A stretch of DNA of 64,000 bases from the human T2T-CHM13v2.0 reference genome, Homo sapiens, in the NCBI RefSeq assembly GCF_009914755.1, contig NC_060948.1; one strand, given 5' to 3'. Below are positions 20,748-36,629 of the stretch, piece by piece. Every line of letters begins with the position of its first letter. The first letter of the stretch is position 1. The notes below the pieces were generated by a model. That model was not told where the DNA came from. It searched no databases and saw only the letters and a list, made by a program, of their open reading frames with translations. Made by a program: the position numbers and the translations under genes.

Positions 20748-21250
20748 AAAGCAAGAAATTAAATCATATTAACCGAGAAAATTAACCTTCACATGAAAGA
20801 ACACACGAAGGAAAGAAGGATGAGAACATCACAAAACAACCAGAAAACAAATAACAAAATGACAGGAGTAAGTCCTTACTTATCAAACATAACATTGAAA
20901 ATAAATGGACTAAACTCTCCAATCAAAAGACATAGACTGGCTGAATGGATAAAAAAAGTAATATCCTTTGATCTATTGGCTACAAGAGAAACACTTCACC
21001 ATATATATATATATAAGTTCTAGGGTACATGTGCACAACGTGCAGGTTTGTTATATAGGTATACATGTGCCATGTTGGTTTGGTGCAACCATCAACTCAT
21101 CATTTACATTAGGTATTTGTCCTAATGCTATCCTTCCCCCAGCCCCCCACCCCCTGACAGGCCCCGGTGTGTGATGCTCCCCGCCCTGTGTCCAAGTGTT
21201 CTCATTGTTCAGTTCCCACCTATGAGTGAGAACATGCAGTGTTTGGTTTT

Positions 21251-25070
<3,820 letters not shown>

Positions 25071-25139
25071 TATGATGTTAGCTGGTTATTTTGCCCATTA
25101 GTTGATGCAGTTTCTTCATAGCATCAATGGTCTTTACAA

Positions 25140-26136
25140 TTTGGCATGTTTTTGCAGGGGCTGGTACTGGTTGTTCCTTTCCATGTTTAGTGCTTCCTTC
25201 AGGCCTGGTGGTGACAAATCTCTCGGCATTTGCTTGTCTCTAAAGGAGTTTATTTCTCCTTCACTTATAAAGCTTAGTTTGGCTGGATAAGAAACTCTGG
25301 GTTGAAAATTATTTTCTTTAAGAATGTTGAATACTGGCCCCTACTCCCTTCTGGCTTGTAGGGTTTCTGCCAAGAGATCCGCTGTTAGTCTGATGGGCTT
25401 CCTTTTGTGGGTAACCCAACCTTTCTCTCTGGCTGCCCTTAACATTTTTTCTTTCATTTCAACCTTGGTAAATCTGACAATTATGTGTCTTGGGGTTGCA
25501 CTTCTCGAGGAGTATCTTTGTGGTGTTCTCTGTATTTCCTGAATTTGAATGTTGGCCTGCCTTCCTAGGTTGGGGAAGTTCTCCTGGATGATATCCTGCA
25601 GAGTGTTTTCCAACTTGGTTCCATTCTCCCCGTCACTTTCAGGTACACCTATCAGATGTAGATTTGGTCTTTTCACATAGTCCCATGTTTCTTGGAGGCT
25701 TTGTTCATTTCTTTTTATTTTCTCTAATCTTGTCTTCTCACTTTATTTCATTAATTTTATCTCTAATCACTGATATCCTTTCTTCCACTTGATCAAATCA
25801 GCTATTGAAGTTTGTGCATTCCTCACGAAGTTCTCGTGCCATGGTTTTCAGCTCCATCAGGTCATGTAAGGTCTTCTCTACTCTGTTTATTCTAGTTAGC
25901 CATTCATCTAATCTTTTTTCAAGGTTTTTAGCTTCCTTGAAATGGGTTAGAATGTGCTTCTTTAGCTCAGAGAAGTTTGTTATTACCAACCTTCTGAAGC
26001 CTACTTCTGTCAACTCGTCAAAGTCTTTTTCCGTCCAGCTTTGTTCTGTTGCTGGCAAGGAGCTGCAATTCTTTGGAGGAGAAGAGGCACTCTGATTTTT
26101 AGAATTTTCAGCTTTTCTGCTCTGGTTTCTCCCCAT
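25140..26136 (-). pseudogene. Disrupted L1 ORF1 of the L1PA6
   Basis: ORF fragments MGRNQSRKAENSKNQSASSPPK... and KRPNLHLIGVPESDGENGTKLENTLQDIIQENFPNL...; lower boundary approximate. Confidence 0.92.
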
Positions 26137-29100
26137 CTTTGTGGTTTTATCTACCTTTGGTCTTTGATGTTGGTGGATGGGGTTTTGGTGTGGATGTCCT
26201 TTTTGTTGATGCTGATGTTATTTCTTTCTGTTTGTTAGTTTTCCTTCTGACAGTCAGGTCCCTCAGCTGCCGGTCTGTTGGAGTTTGCTGGAGGTCCACT
26301 CCAGAACCTGTTTGCCTGGGTATCACCAGTGGAGGCTGCAGAACAGCAAATATTGCAGAACAGCAGATCTTGCTACCTGATCCTTCCTCTGGAAGCTTCG
26401 TCCCAGAGGGGCAACTGCCTGTATGAAGTGTCTGTCAGCCCCTACTGGGAGGTGTCTCCTAGTTAGGCTACACAGGTGTCAGGGACCCACTTGAGGAGGC
26501 GGTCTGTTTCAGAGCTCAAACGCCATACTGTGAGAACCACTGCTCTCTTCAGAGTTGTCAGACAGGGACATTTAAGTCTGCACAAGTTTCTGCTGCCTTT
26601 TGTTCAGCTATGCCCTGCCCACAGAGGTGGAGTCTATATAGGCAGTAGGCCTTGCTGAGCTACAGTGGGCTCTGCCCAGTTCGAACTTCCCAGTCGCTTT
26701 GTTTAACTATTCAAGCCTCAGCAATGGTGGACGCCCCTCCCCCTCCAGGCTGCAGCCTTGCAGGTTGATCTCAGACTGCTGCACTAGCAGTGAGCAAGGC
26801 TCCGTGGGCATGGGAACTGCCAAGCCAGGTATGGGAGAGAATCTCCTGGTCTGCCAGTTGCTAAGACCATGGGAAAAGCACAGTATTTGGGCGGGAGTGT
26901 TTCATTTTTCCAGGTACAGTCTGTCATGGCTTCCCTTGGCTATGAAAGGGAAATCCCCTGACCCCTTGTGCTTCCCAGGTGAGGCGACACCCTGCCCTGC
27001 TTTGACTCGCCCACCGTGGGCTGGACCCACTGAAACACTTCACCTTCAAACACACACATAGGTTAAAAATAAAGGAATGGAAAAGGATATTCCATGCCAA
27101 TGGAAACCAAAAAATTAGCAGAAGTAGCTATACATATACAGACAAACTAGATTTCAAGACAATAGCTATTAGAAGGGACAAAGAAAGACACTATATAATG
27201 ATAATAGGGTCAATTCTGCAAGAGGATATAACAATTTTAAATATATACACAGTCAAAACTGGAGAACCCAGACATATAAAGCAAATATTCAAGCTAAAGA
27301 GAGAGACCCAAATACAATAATAGCTGGAGACTTCAACAGCCCACTTTTAGCATTGGACAGATATCCAACAAAAAATCAACAAAGAAATTCAGACTTAGTC
27401 TGCACTATAAACTAAATGAATATAATAGATATTTACAGAACATTTGATTCAACAGCTACAGAATACACATTCTTTTCCTTAGCACGTGGATCATTCTCTA
27501 AGATAGATTATATTTTGGGGTAACAAAAAAAGGCTTACAATATTCAAAAAATTGAAATAATATCAAGCATCTTTTCTGACCACAATGGAATAAAACTAGA
27601 AATCAATAACAAAAGGAATTCTGGAAACTAAAGAAATACATGGAAATTAAACAATATGCTCCTGAATGAACAGTGGGTCAATGAAGAAATTAAGAAGAAA
27701 ATTTAAAAATTTCTTGAAACAAATAATAATGGGAACACAACATATGAAAACCTATGAGATACAGCAAAAGCACTACTAAGAGTGAAGTTTATAGCTGTAA
27801 GTGCCTATGTTAAAAAAGAATAAAAACTTCAAATAAATAACTGAATGATGCCTCTTACAGAACTAGAAAAGCAAGAGCAAAACAAACCAAAAGTTAGTAG
27901 AGAAAATAAAGATCAGAACAAAAATAAATGAAATTGAAATGAAGAAAATAATAGAAAATACCAAAAAAAGAAAAAGTTGGGTTTTTGAAAAGATAAACAA
28001 AATTCACAAAACTTTAGACAGACTCACTAAGAAAAAAAAGATAGACGATGCAAATAAGTAAAATAAGATGAAAAAGGAAATATCACAACCAATACCACAA
28101 AAATTCAAAGGATTAATAGTGGCTACTATGAGCAACTATGTGCCAATAAATTGGAAAATCTAGAATAAATAGATAAATTCCTGGACACATACAACCTACT
28201 AAGATTGAACCATGAAGAAATCTTAACCTGAACAGACCAGTAGCAAGTAACAGGATCAAAGTCTCCCAGCACAGAAATGCCTGGGACCCAATGGCTTCAC
28301 TGTTGAAATCTAAAAAACATTTAAAGAACTAATACCAATCCTACTCAAACTATTCCAAGAAACAAAGGAGAAGGGAATAATTCCAGACTCATTCTATGAG
28401 CCATATTGCTCTGATACCAAAGCCAGACAGAGACACATCAAGAAAAGAAAACTACAGGCCAACATCCCTGATGAACATTGATGCAAAAATCCTCAACAAA
28501 ATACTAGCAAACCGAGTTGCACAACACATTGAGAAGATCATTCATCATGACCAAGTGGGATTTATCCCAGGGATGCAATGATGGTTCAACATATGCAGAT
28601 TGGGCAATATGATACATCATATCAACAGAATGGAGGACAAAAACCATGTGATCATTTCAATAGATGCTGAAAAAGCATTTGATAAAATTTGACATCGCTT
28701 CATTATAAAATCCCTTTAAAAACTGGATATATAGATGGAACATACCTCAATATAATAAAAGCCATATATGACAGACCCACAGCTAGTATCATGCTGAATG
28801 GGGATCAGAACATGACAAGGATGCTTTTTTTCACCACTGTTACTAACGTAGCATTAGAAGTCCTAGCTAGAGCAATCAGACAAGAGAAAGAAATAAAGGG
28901 CCTCCAAATTGGAAAGGAGGAAGTTAAATTATCCTTGTTTGCAGATGATATGATCTTATATTTGGAAAAACCTAAAGACTCCACCAGAAACCTATTGGAA
29001 CTGATCAAACAAATTCAGTAACATTGCAGGATACAAAATCAAGATACAAAAATCAGTAGCATTACTATATGCCAACAGTGAACCATCTGAAAAAGAAATC

Positions 29101-30043
29101 AAGAGAGTAATCCCATTTACAATAGCTACAAGTAAAATCAAATACGTGAGATTTAGCCAAGGAAGTGAAAAATCTCTGCAATGAAAACTATAAAATATTG
29201 ATGAAAGAAATTGCAGAGGACATACAAAAAAAAGAAAAGATATTCTATGTTCATGGATTGGAAGAATCAATATTGTAAAAATGTCCATACTACCCAAAGC
29301 AATCTACAGATTCATAGCAATCCCTATCAAAATACCAATGACATTCTTCACAGAAACAGAAAAAACAATTCTAAAATTTATATGGAACCACAAAAGACCC
29401 AGAATAGCCAAAGCTATCCTGAGCCAAAAGAACAAAACTGGAGGATCACATTACCTGATTTCAAATTATACTACAGAGCTATAGTAAAGAAAACAGCATG
29501 ATACTGGCATAAAAGCAGATACGTAAACCAAAGGAACAAAATAGAAAAGTCAGAAACAAATCCATACATCTACAGTGAGCTCATTTTTGACAAAGATGCC
29601 AAGAACATACATTAGGGAAAAGACAAACTCTTCAATAAATGATGCTGGGAAAACTGGATATCTACATGCAGAATGAAACTAAACCTCTATCTCTTGCCAT
29701 GTACAAAAATAAAATCTAAATTGATTAAAGACTTAAATCTAATATCTCAAACTATGAAACTACTACAAGAAAACACTGGGGAATCTTTCTAGCAAATTGG
29801 ACGGGGCAAAGATTTCTTAAGTCATATCCCACAAGCACAGGAAACCAAAGCAAAAGTGGACAAATGGGATCATATCAAGTTAACAAGCTTCTGCACAGCA
29901 AAGGAAACAATGAACAAAATGAAAAGACAACCCAGAGAATGGGAGAAAATATTTGCAAACTACCCATCTGACAAGAGATTAATAATCAGAATATATAAAG
30001 AGTTCCAACAACTCTATAGGAAAAAATCTAACAATCTTATTAG

Positions 30044-30539
<496 letters not shown>

Positions 30540-31477
30540 TGAAAAAATGTGCAAAAGACCTGAACAGATGTTTCTGAAAAGAAGAGATACAAATGGCAGT
30601 CATATGAAAAGGTGCTTAACCTCAGTGATCATTAGAGAAATGCAAATCAAAACTACAATGAGATATCTCAGCCCAGTTAAAATTGATTTTATCCAAAAGA
30701 CAAGCAATAAGAAATAGTGCCAAGTATGTGGAGAAAAGGGAAACCTCATACTGTCAGTGGGAATATAAATTAATACAACCACTATGGAAATCAGTTTGAG
30801 GTTCCTCAAAACAACTAAAAATATAGTTACCATATGATCCAGCAATCCCACTGTTGGGTATATACCCAAAGGAAAAGAAATCAGTATATTGAAGAGATAT
30901 CTACACTCCCATGTTTATTGCAGCACTATTCACAATAGTCAAGATTTGGAAGGAACCCAAAATGTTTATCAACAGATGAATGAAGAAAATGTGGCACATA
31001 TACACTCTTGAGCACTATTCAGCCTTATAAAATACGAGATCCTGTCATTTGCAACAACGTGGATGGCACTGGAGGTCATTGTGTTGAGTGAAATAAGCCA
31101 GGCACAGAAGGACAATCTTCGCTTTCATTTTTTATTTTCACTTAGTCATGGGAGCTAAAAATTAAAACAACTGGGCTCAACGGAGATAGAGAGCAGAATG
31201 ATGGTTACCAGAGCCTAGAAGTGTAGTGGGGAGAGAGAAGGGGAATGGTTAATGGGTACAAAACAGTAAAAAGAATGAATAAATTCCAGTATTTGATAGT
31301 ACAATAGGGTGACTATATTTAATAATAATTTAGTTGTACATTTTAAGATAACTAAAAGAGTATGTTTGGATTGTTTGTAACACAAAGGATAAATGTTTGA
31401 GATTATAGATATCTCATTTACCCTGATGTAATTTATTACACATTGTATGCCTGTATCATCAAAATATACCATATACC

Positions 31478-31640
31478 CTATATATATATACACACACACT
31501 ATATATACACATAGTAGGTGGGTATGTATATATATACACATATATATGCTGATATATATATACATATATGTATAATGTATATATACATGCTGATATATAT
31601 ACATATACATATATATGCTGAAGATATATATATATACACA
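31478..31640. repeat. Complex (TA)/(CA) low-complexity expansion in the L1MA 3' end
   Basis: Read directly; includes three atgctga(t/a) spacers. Confidence 0.93.
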
Positions 31641-31684
31641 TACCCACCTACTATGTACCCACAAAAATTAAAAATTAAAAAAAA

Positions 31685-32931
31685 CATACTGGTAACAGAT
31701 TTGCTGTCATCCTGGGCTTTGATGTTCCATTTCTAGAGCATAGGCAGAGTAAATGTAGCATAATTTTTAAGGGCCCAAGGACTTTCAGAATGATAAATGA
31801 CCATTGGCTTCAACTTAATATCACCAGCTGCATTAGCCCTTAACAAGAGAGTCAGCCTGTCCTTAGAAGCTTTGAAGTCAGGCATTGACTTCTCTCTAGC
31901 TATGAAAGTTCTAGATGGCATATTCTTCCAACAGAAGACTGTTTCATCAACATTGAAATTCTATTGCTTAGTGTAGCCACCTTTATCAGTTTTCTGAGCT
32001 AGATCTTCTGCAGCTTCTCCATCAGCACTTGCTGCTTCACCTTGCACTTTTGTTATGGAAATGGCTTCTTTCCTTAAATCTCATGAACCAGCCTCTGCTA
32101 GCTTCAGACTTTTCTTCTGCAGCTTCCTTGCTTCATAGAATTGAACAGAGTAAAGGCCTTGCTCTGGATTTGGCTTAATGGAATATTGTGGCTGGTTTCA
32201 GCTATCTAGACCACGAAAACGTTCTCCGGATAAGCAATAAGGCTGTTTCACTTTCTTATCATTTATTTGTTTACTGGAGTAGCACTTTTAATCTTGTTCA
32301 GGAACTTTTTCTTTGCATTCACAACTTGGCCGGTTGGCACAAAAAGCCTAGCTTTCAGCCTGTCCTGCCTTCCGACATGTCTTTTTTACTAAGCTTTATC
32401 ATTTCTAGCTTTTGATTTAAAGGAGAGACATGTAACTTTTCCTTTCATTTGAACATGTAAAGGCCATTGTAAGGTTATTAATTGGCCTAATTTCCATACT
32501 GTTGTATTTTAGGGAATAGGGAGCCCTGAGGAGAAGGAAAGAGATGAGGGATGGCCAGTCAGTGGAGCAGTCAGAACACACACAACATTGATCAGTTAAC
32601 TTTGCTGTCATATATGAGTGCAGTTTGTGGCACCCTGAAAGAACTGTAATGGTAACGTCAAAGATAATTGAATATAGATCTGTAATAGTAACATCAAAGA
32701 TAACTGATTATAGATCACCATAACAAATATAATAGTAATGAAAAAGTTTGAAATACTGTAAGAATTACCCAAATGTGACACTGAGACATGAAGTGAGTAC
32801 ATGCTGTTAGAAAAACGGTATAGAGTGTCCACAAATCTTCAATTTGAAAAAAAAACACACACACACAAACAAACAAACAAAATCTCTGCAAAGCACATTA
32901 ATCCAAGGCACAATAAAATGAGGTATGCCTG
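31685..32931 (-). mobile_element. Tigger1 (TcMar-pogo) 5' half, truncated
   Basis: Terminal CAGGCATACCTC on the minus strand ending at 32931, then TA. Transposase remnant [48 protein letters not shown]. Confidence 0.95.
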
Positions 32932-32933
32932 TA

Positions 32934-35440
32934 TTAATAATTTCTATCTTCTTTTTTTCTTGGTTAGCCTGGCTAGAGGTTTACTAATTTTATTGATCTT
33001 TTCAAAGAACTAGATTTGGGTTTCATTGATTTTCTCTCTTAATTTCTTGTTTTCAATTTCTTTGATTGCTGCCCTAATTTTACTATTTTATTTCTTCTAC
33101 TTAATTTGGACTTAACTTGCCTTTCTTTTCTAGTTTCCTCAGGTAAAAGTTTATATTATTGATTTTATATCTTTCTTTCTAATATGTCCATTAAATGCTA
33201 TAAATAGCCTTCTAAGCACTGCTTTTGCTACATTCTGAAAATTTTGATAAATTATACTTTTATTTTCATTTAATTAAAAAAAATTTAACTTTTTCTGAGA
33301 TTTTATTTTTGAACAATGTGTTATTTATATGTATGTTTTTTAATCTCCAAATGTTTTGGAGGTTTTCTTCCTATTTTTCTGTTACTAATGACTAGTTTAA
33401 TTCCAATATGGTCTAAGAGAATACTTTGTATGATTTTAATTATTTTTAATTTGTTAAGGTGTGTTTTAAAGCCCAAGATGTGATTTATCTTGATAAATGT
33501 TCCACATTTATAGAATTTATAGAATTGACATTCTATGTCAATCAGGTCCAGTTAATTAACAGTGCTTTCAGTCCAATTATATCCTGATTTTCTGCCTGCT
33601 GAATCTGTTGCTTTTTGAGAGAAGGATGTTGAAATTTCCAACTATAAAAGTGGATTATTTCTTGCAGTTCTATCAGTTTTGGCCTCATCTATTTTAATGC
33701 TGTTTTTAGGCACAGATACATGAAGGATTGTTGTTTCTTCTTAGAGAATTGACCCCTTTATTATGTAATGACCATTTTTATCCCTGAAGATTTTTCTTGC
33801 TCTGAAATCTGCTTCATGCGATATTGATACAGCTATTCAAGCTTTCTTTTGATTGCTGACAGCATGGCATATATTTCTCTAACCCTTTACTTTTAATATA
33901 TCTGGGTCTTTATATTTAAATTGGATTTCTTGTAGACAACATATAGTTGGTTCTTTGTTTTTTATCCACTGTGATAATCTGTGTTTTAATTGGTGTATTT
34001 AGACCATTCACATTTAAAGTCATTATTGATGTGGTTTGATTAATATGTACCTTTTTATAATTGTTCTCTTTTTCCACCGGTTCTTTATCTTTTTCTATCT
34101 TCCACTCTTTTTTTTTCTTTCCTGGTTTAAGTTGAACATATTATATGATTCAATGTTCTCTTTTCTCTTAGCATATTGTTTGTTTCCTTTGAAAAATTTT
34201 AAGTGGTTGTCCTAGAGTTTGCAATATGCATTTACAACTAATCTAAATCTACTTTCAAATAACACCATACTGGTTCACAGAAAGTGCAGGTACCTTATAA
34301 AAAATATTCCTAGTTCCTCTCTCCTATCCCTTAAACATTTCTGTCATATATTTCACTTATTCATAAGCGATATCCAACATATCATTGCTCTTATTATTTT
34401 GAACAAACTTTTACCTGTTAGGCCACTGAAACATAAGAAAAATAAAATATTTTATTTTACCTTCATTTATGTATTTTTGAACACTCTTCCTTTGTAATCC
34501 AGATCCATGTGTCTGACCTATATCATTTTCCTTCTCCCTGAAGGAGAAGGCCTTCTTTTAACATTTTTTTACAAGACAAGCCTACTGGTGACACATTTCC
34601 TCAAGTTTTGTTTGTATGAGAAAGTCTTTATTTCTCCTTCACTTTGAAGGACAGTTTAATTGGATATAGAACTCTAGGTTGGTGGGTTTTTTTCTTTCAA
34701 CACTTTAAATACTTCGTTCCACTTTCTTCTTGCTTTCATGGTATCTGATAAGTTTCTGAAATTCTTACCCTTGTTCTTCTAACGATAAGATGTTTTCCCC
34801 CTCTGGCTTCCTTCAAGATTTTCTCTTTATCTTTGCTTTCCTGTAGTTTAAATATGATATGCTTAAGTGTAGTTTTTTGTTTGTTTATTTTGGTATTTCT
34901 CCTGCTTGGTATTCACTGAGCTTCTTTGCATCTGTGGTTTGGTATCTGTTAATAATTTTGGAATATTCTCAGCCATTATTATTTCAAATATTTATTTTGT
35001 TTCTTTCTCTCTTTCTTCTTCTGGGATTCCTATTACATGTATATCACATCTTCTGTAGTTGTCACACAGTTCTTGAATATTCTATTTTTTCACTAATTTT
35101 TCTCTTCGATTTTCAGCTTGGGAAGCTAATATTGCCATATCTTCAGTTTCACTGATCTTTTCCTGGACCATGTCTAGTCTACTGGTGAGCCCATCAAAGA
35201 CATTATGTATGTAATAGTGTTTTTTTGTTTCTAGCATTTGCTTATTTGCTTTTGATTCTTTCTTAGAATTTTCATCTATCTGCTTGTATTATCTGTCTAT
35301 TTTTGAATGTTGTTCACTTTTTCCATTACAGCCCTTAACATATTAGTTATACCTATTTTAAATTTCTGGTCTTATAATTCCTAAATTTCTGCTGCATCCA
35401 AGTGTGGCTGTGATGCTTACCTTGTCTCTTCAGACTGGTT
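32934..35440 (-). mobile_element. Old L1M (L1MC-like) ORF1-to-EN portion
   Basis: Reverse-oriented L1 motifs: ttagcctggctagaggtttactaattttattgatcttttcaaagaac, ttcttgtagacaacatatagttgg, aaagtctttatttctccttcactttgaagga. Confidence 0.8.
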
Positions 35441-35456
35441 GTTTTTTTGTTCTTTG

Positions 35457-35508
35457 GTTATCCAATCCACCATTGATGGGCATCTAGATTGATTCCATGT
35501 GTTTGCTA
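35457..35508 (-). mobile_element. ~50-bp L1PA/PB-like ORF2-end stub
   Basis: ttatccaatccaccattgatgggcatctagattgattccatgtgtttgcta. Confidence 0.65.
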
Positions 35509-35509
35509 G

Positions 35510-36100
35510 CAAATATTTGTTGAACATCAGTATGATTCAGGCAGGGTGCTAGTTATCTGTGAAACAATGGTGAGCACAATAGAAATAATCCTTGTCATTA
35601 TGAGACTCATAATCTAGAGGTAAGATGCAGACAAGTAAACAGACAACTATAATACAATGTAAAAAATGCCATAATGAGGATCATACAGAGTACTATGTAA
35701 GAACATAGAAAGGGCAATATAACGCAGATGGGGAGTTAGGGAAGGCTTTCTAGGAAGAAGTTATGATCAAGGTGAGACCTAAAGGATAAATAGGAGCTAA
35801 CCAAATAAAGAATGAATAAAAAATGTTCCAAACATGTTTGAAGACCTGGATGTGATAGTTAGGAAACTGAAGAAGTTCACTGTGGCTGGATTGTGAATGT
35901 GACTGGGGGATAGAGAACAGGGTGGCAAAAATAAGACTGGAGAGGACCCAAATCATGTGAAGCCTTTTGCTCATAGTAAGGAGTTTAGAATTTATCCTGA
36001 GGTAAGTGAGGAGGTGTTGAAAGAATTTAAGCAAGTGAGTGATACAATATGAATTGTACTTTAGGAAGATTCTCTACCTTCAAAATGGGGTATGAATTGG
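35510..36100 (-). mobile_element. L2 3' fragment
   Basis: caaatatttgttgaac...; agggaaggctttctaggaagaagttatg...tgagacctaaaggataaataggag. Confidence 0.75.
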
Positions 36101-36214
36101 AATGTGGGAATATAAGAGTGTATTTAACCTTATATTATTACCACCTCTGATTTCTATTTTTAATTAAATTTGAGTTACCCAAGTATATTTGAATGCACTC
36201 ACCTTTAAAAAATA

Positions 36215-36629
36215 ATTAGGACCTAATTCTCACACCTTGTATAAAAATCCATGCAAAATAGATCATGGATTTAAATGTAAACTGTAAAACATTTTTGGAA
36301 GTAAACATAGGATAAAATTTTGGGGAACTACAGGTGGATAAAGAGTTCTTATACCTGAGACCAAAAGCACAAATCTTTAAAAGAAAACAATTGCTAAATT
36401 AGACTTTATCAAAATGAAAAAAATGCACTGGGAAAAAGATGTTAAGAGGATGAAAAAACAAGGTGCAGACTGGGAAAAAAAAATGCTTGCAAGTCACAAC
36501 TGCAATAGATAATTTGTTTCCACAATATATATAAAGTGTGCTTGGAACTCAACAGTAAAAAAAAATCAAACAATCCAATTAGAAAGTGGTCAAAAACATG
36601 AACAGACATTGAACTAAAGAAAACAAATA
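36215..36629 (+). mobile_element. Old L1M ORF2 3' fragment
   Basis: ctcacaccttgtataaaaat...aaacaatccaattagaaagtggtcaaaaacatgaacagacat. Confidence 0.75.

Noticed and set aside
31215-31736. Tyr/Ile-rich ORFs
   Set aside because: Translation of (TA)/(CA) microsatellite.
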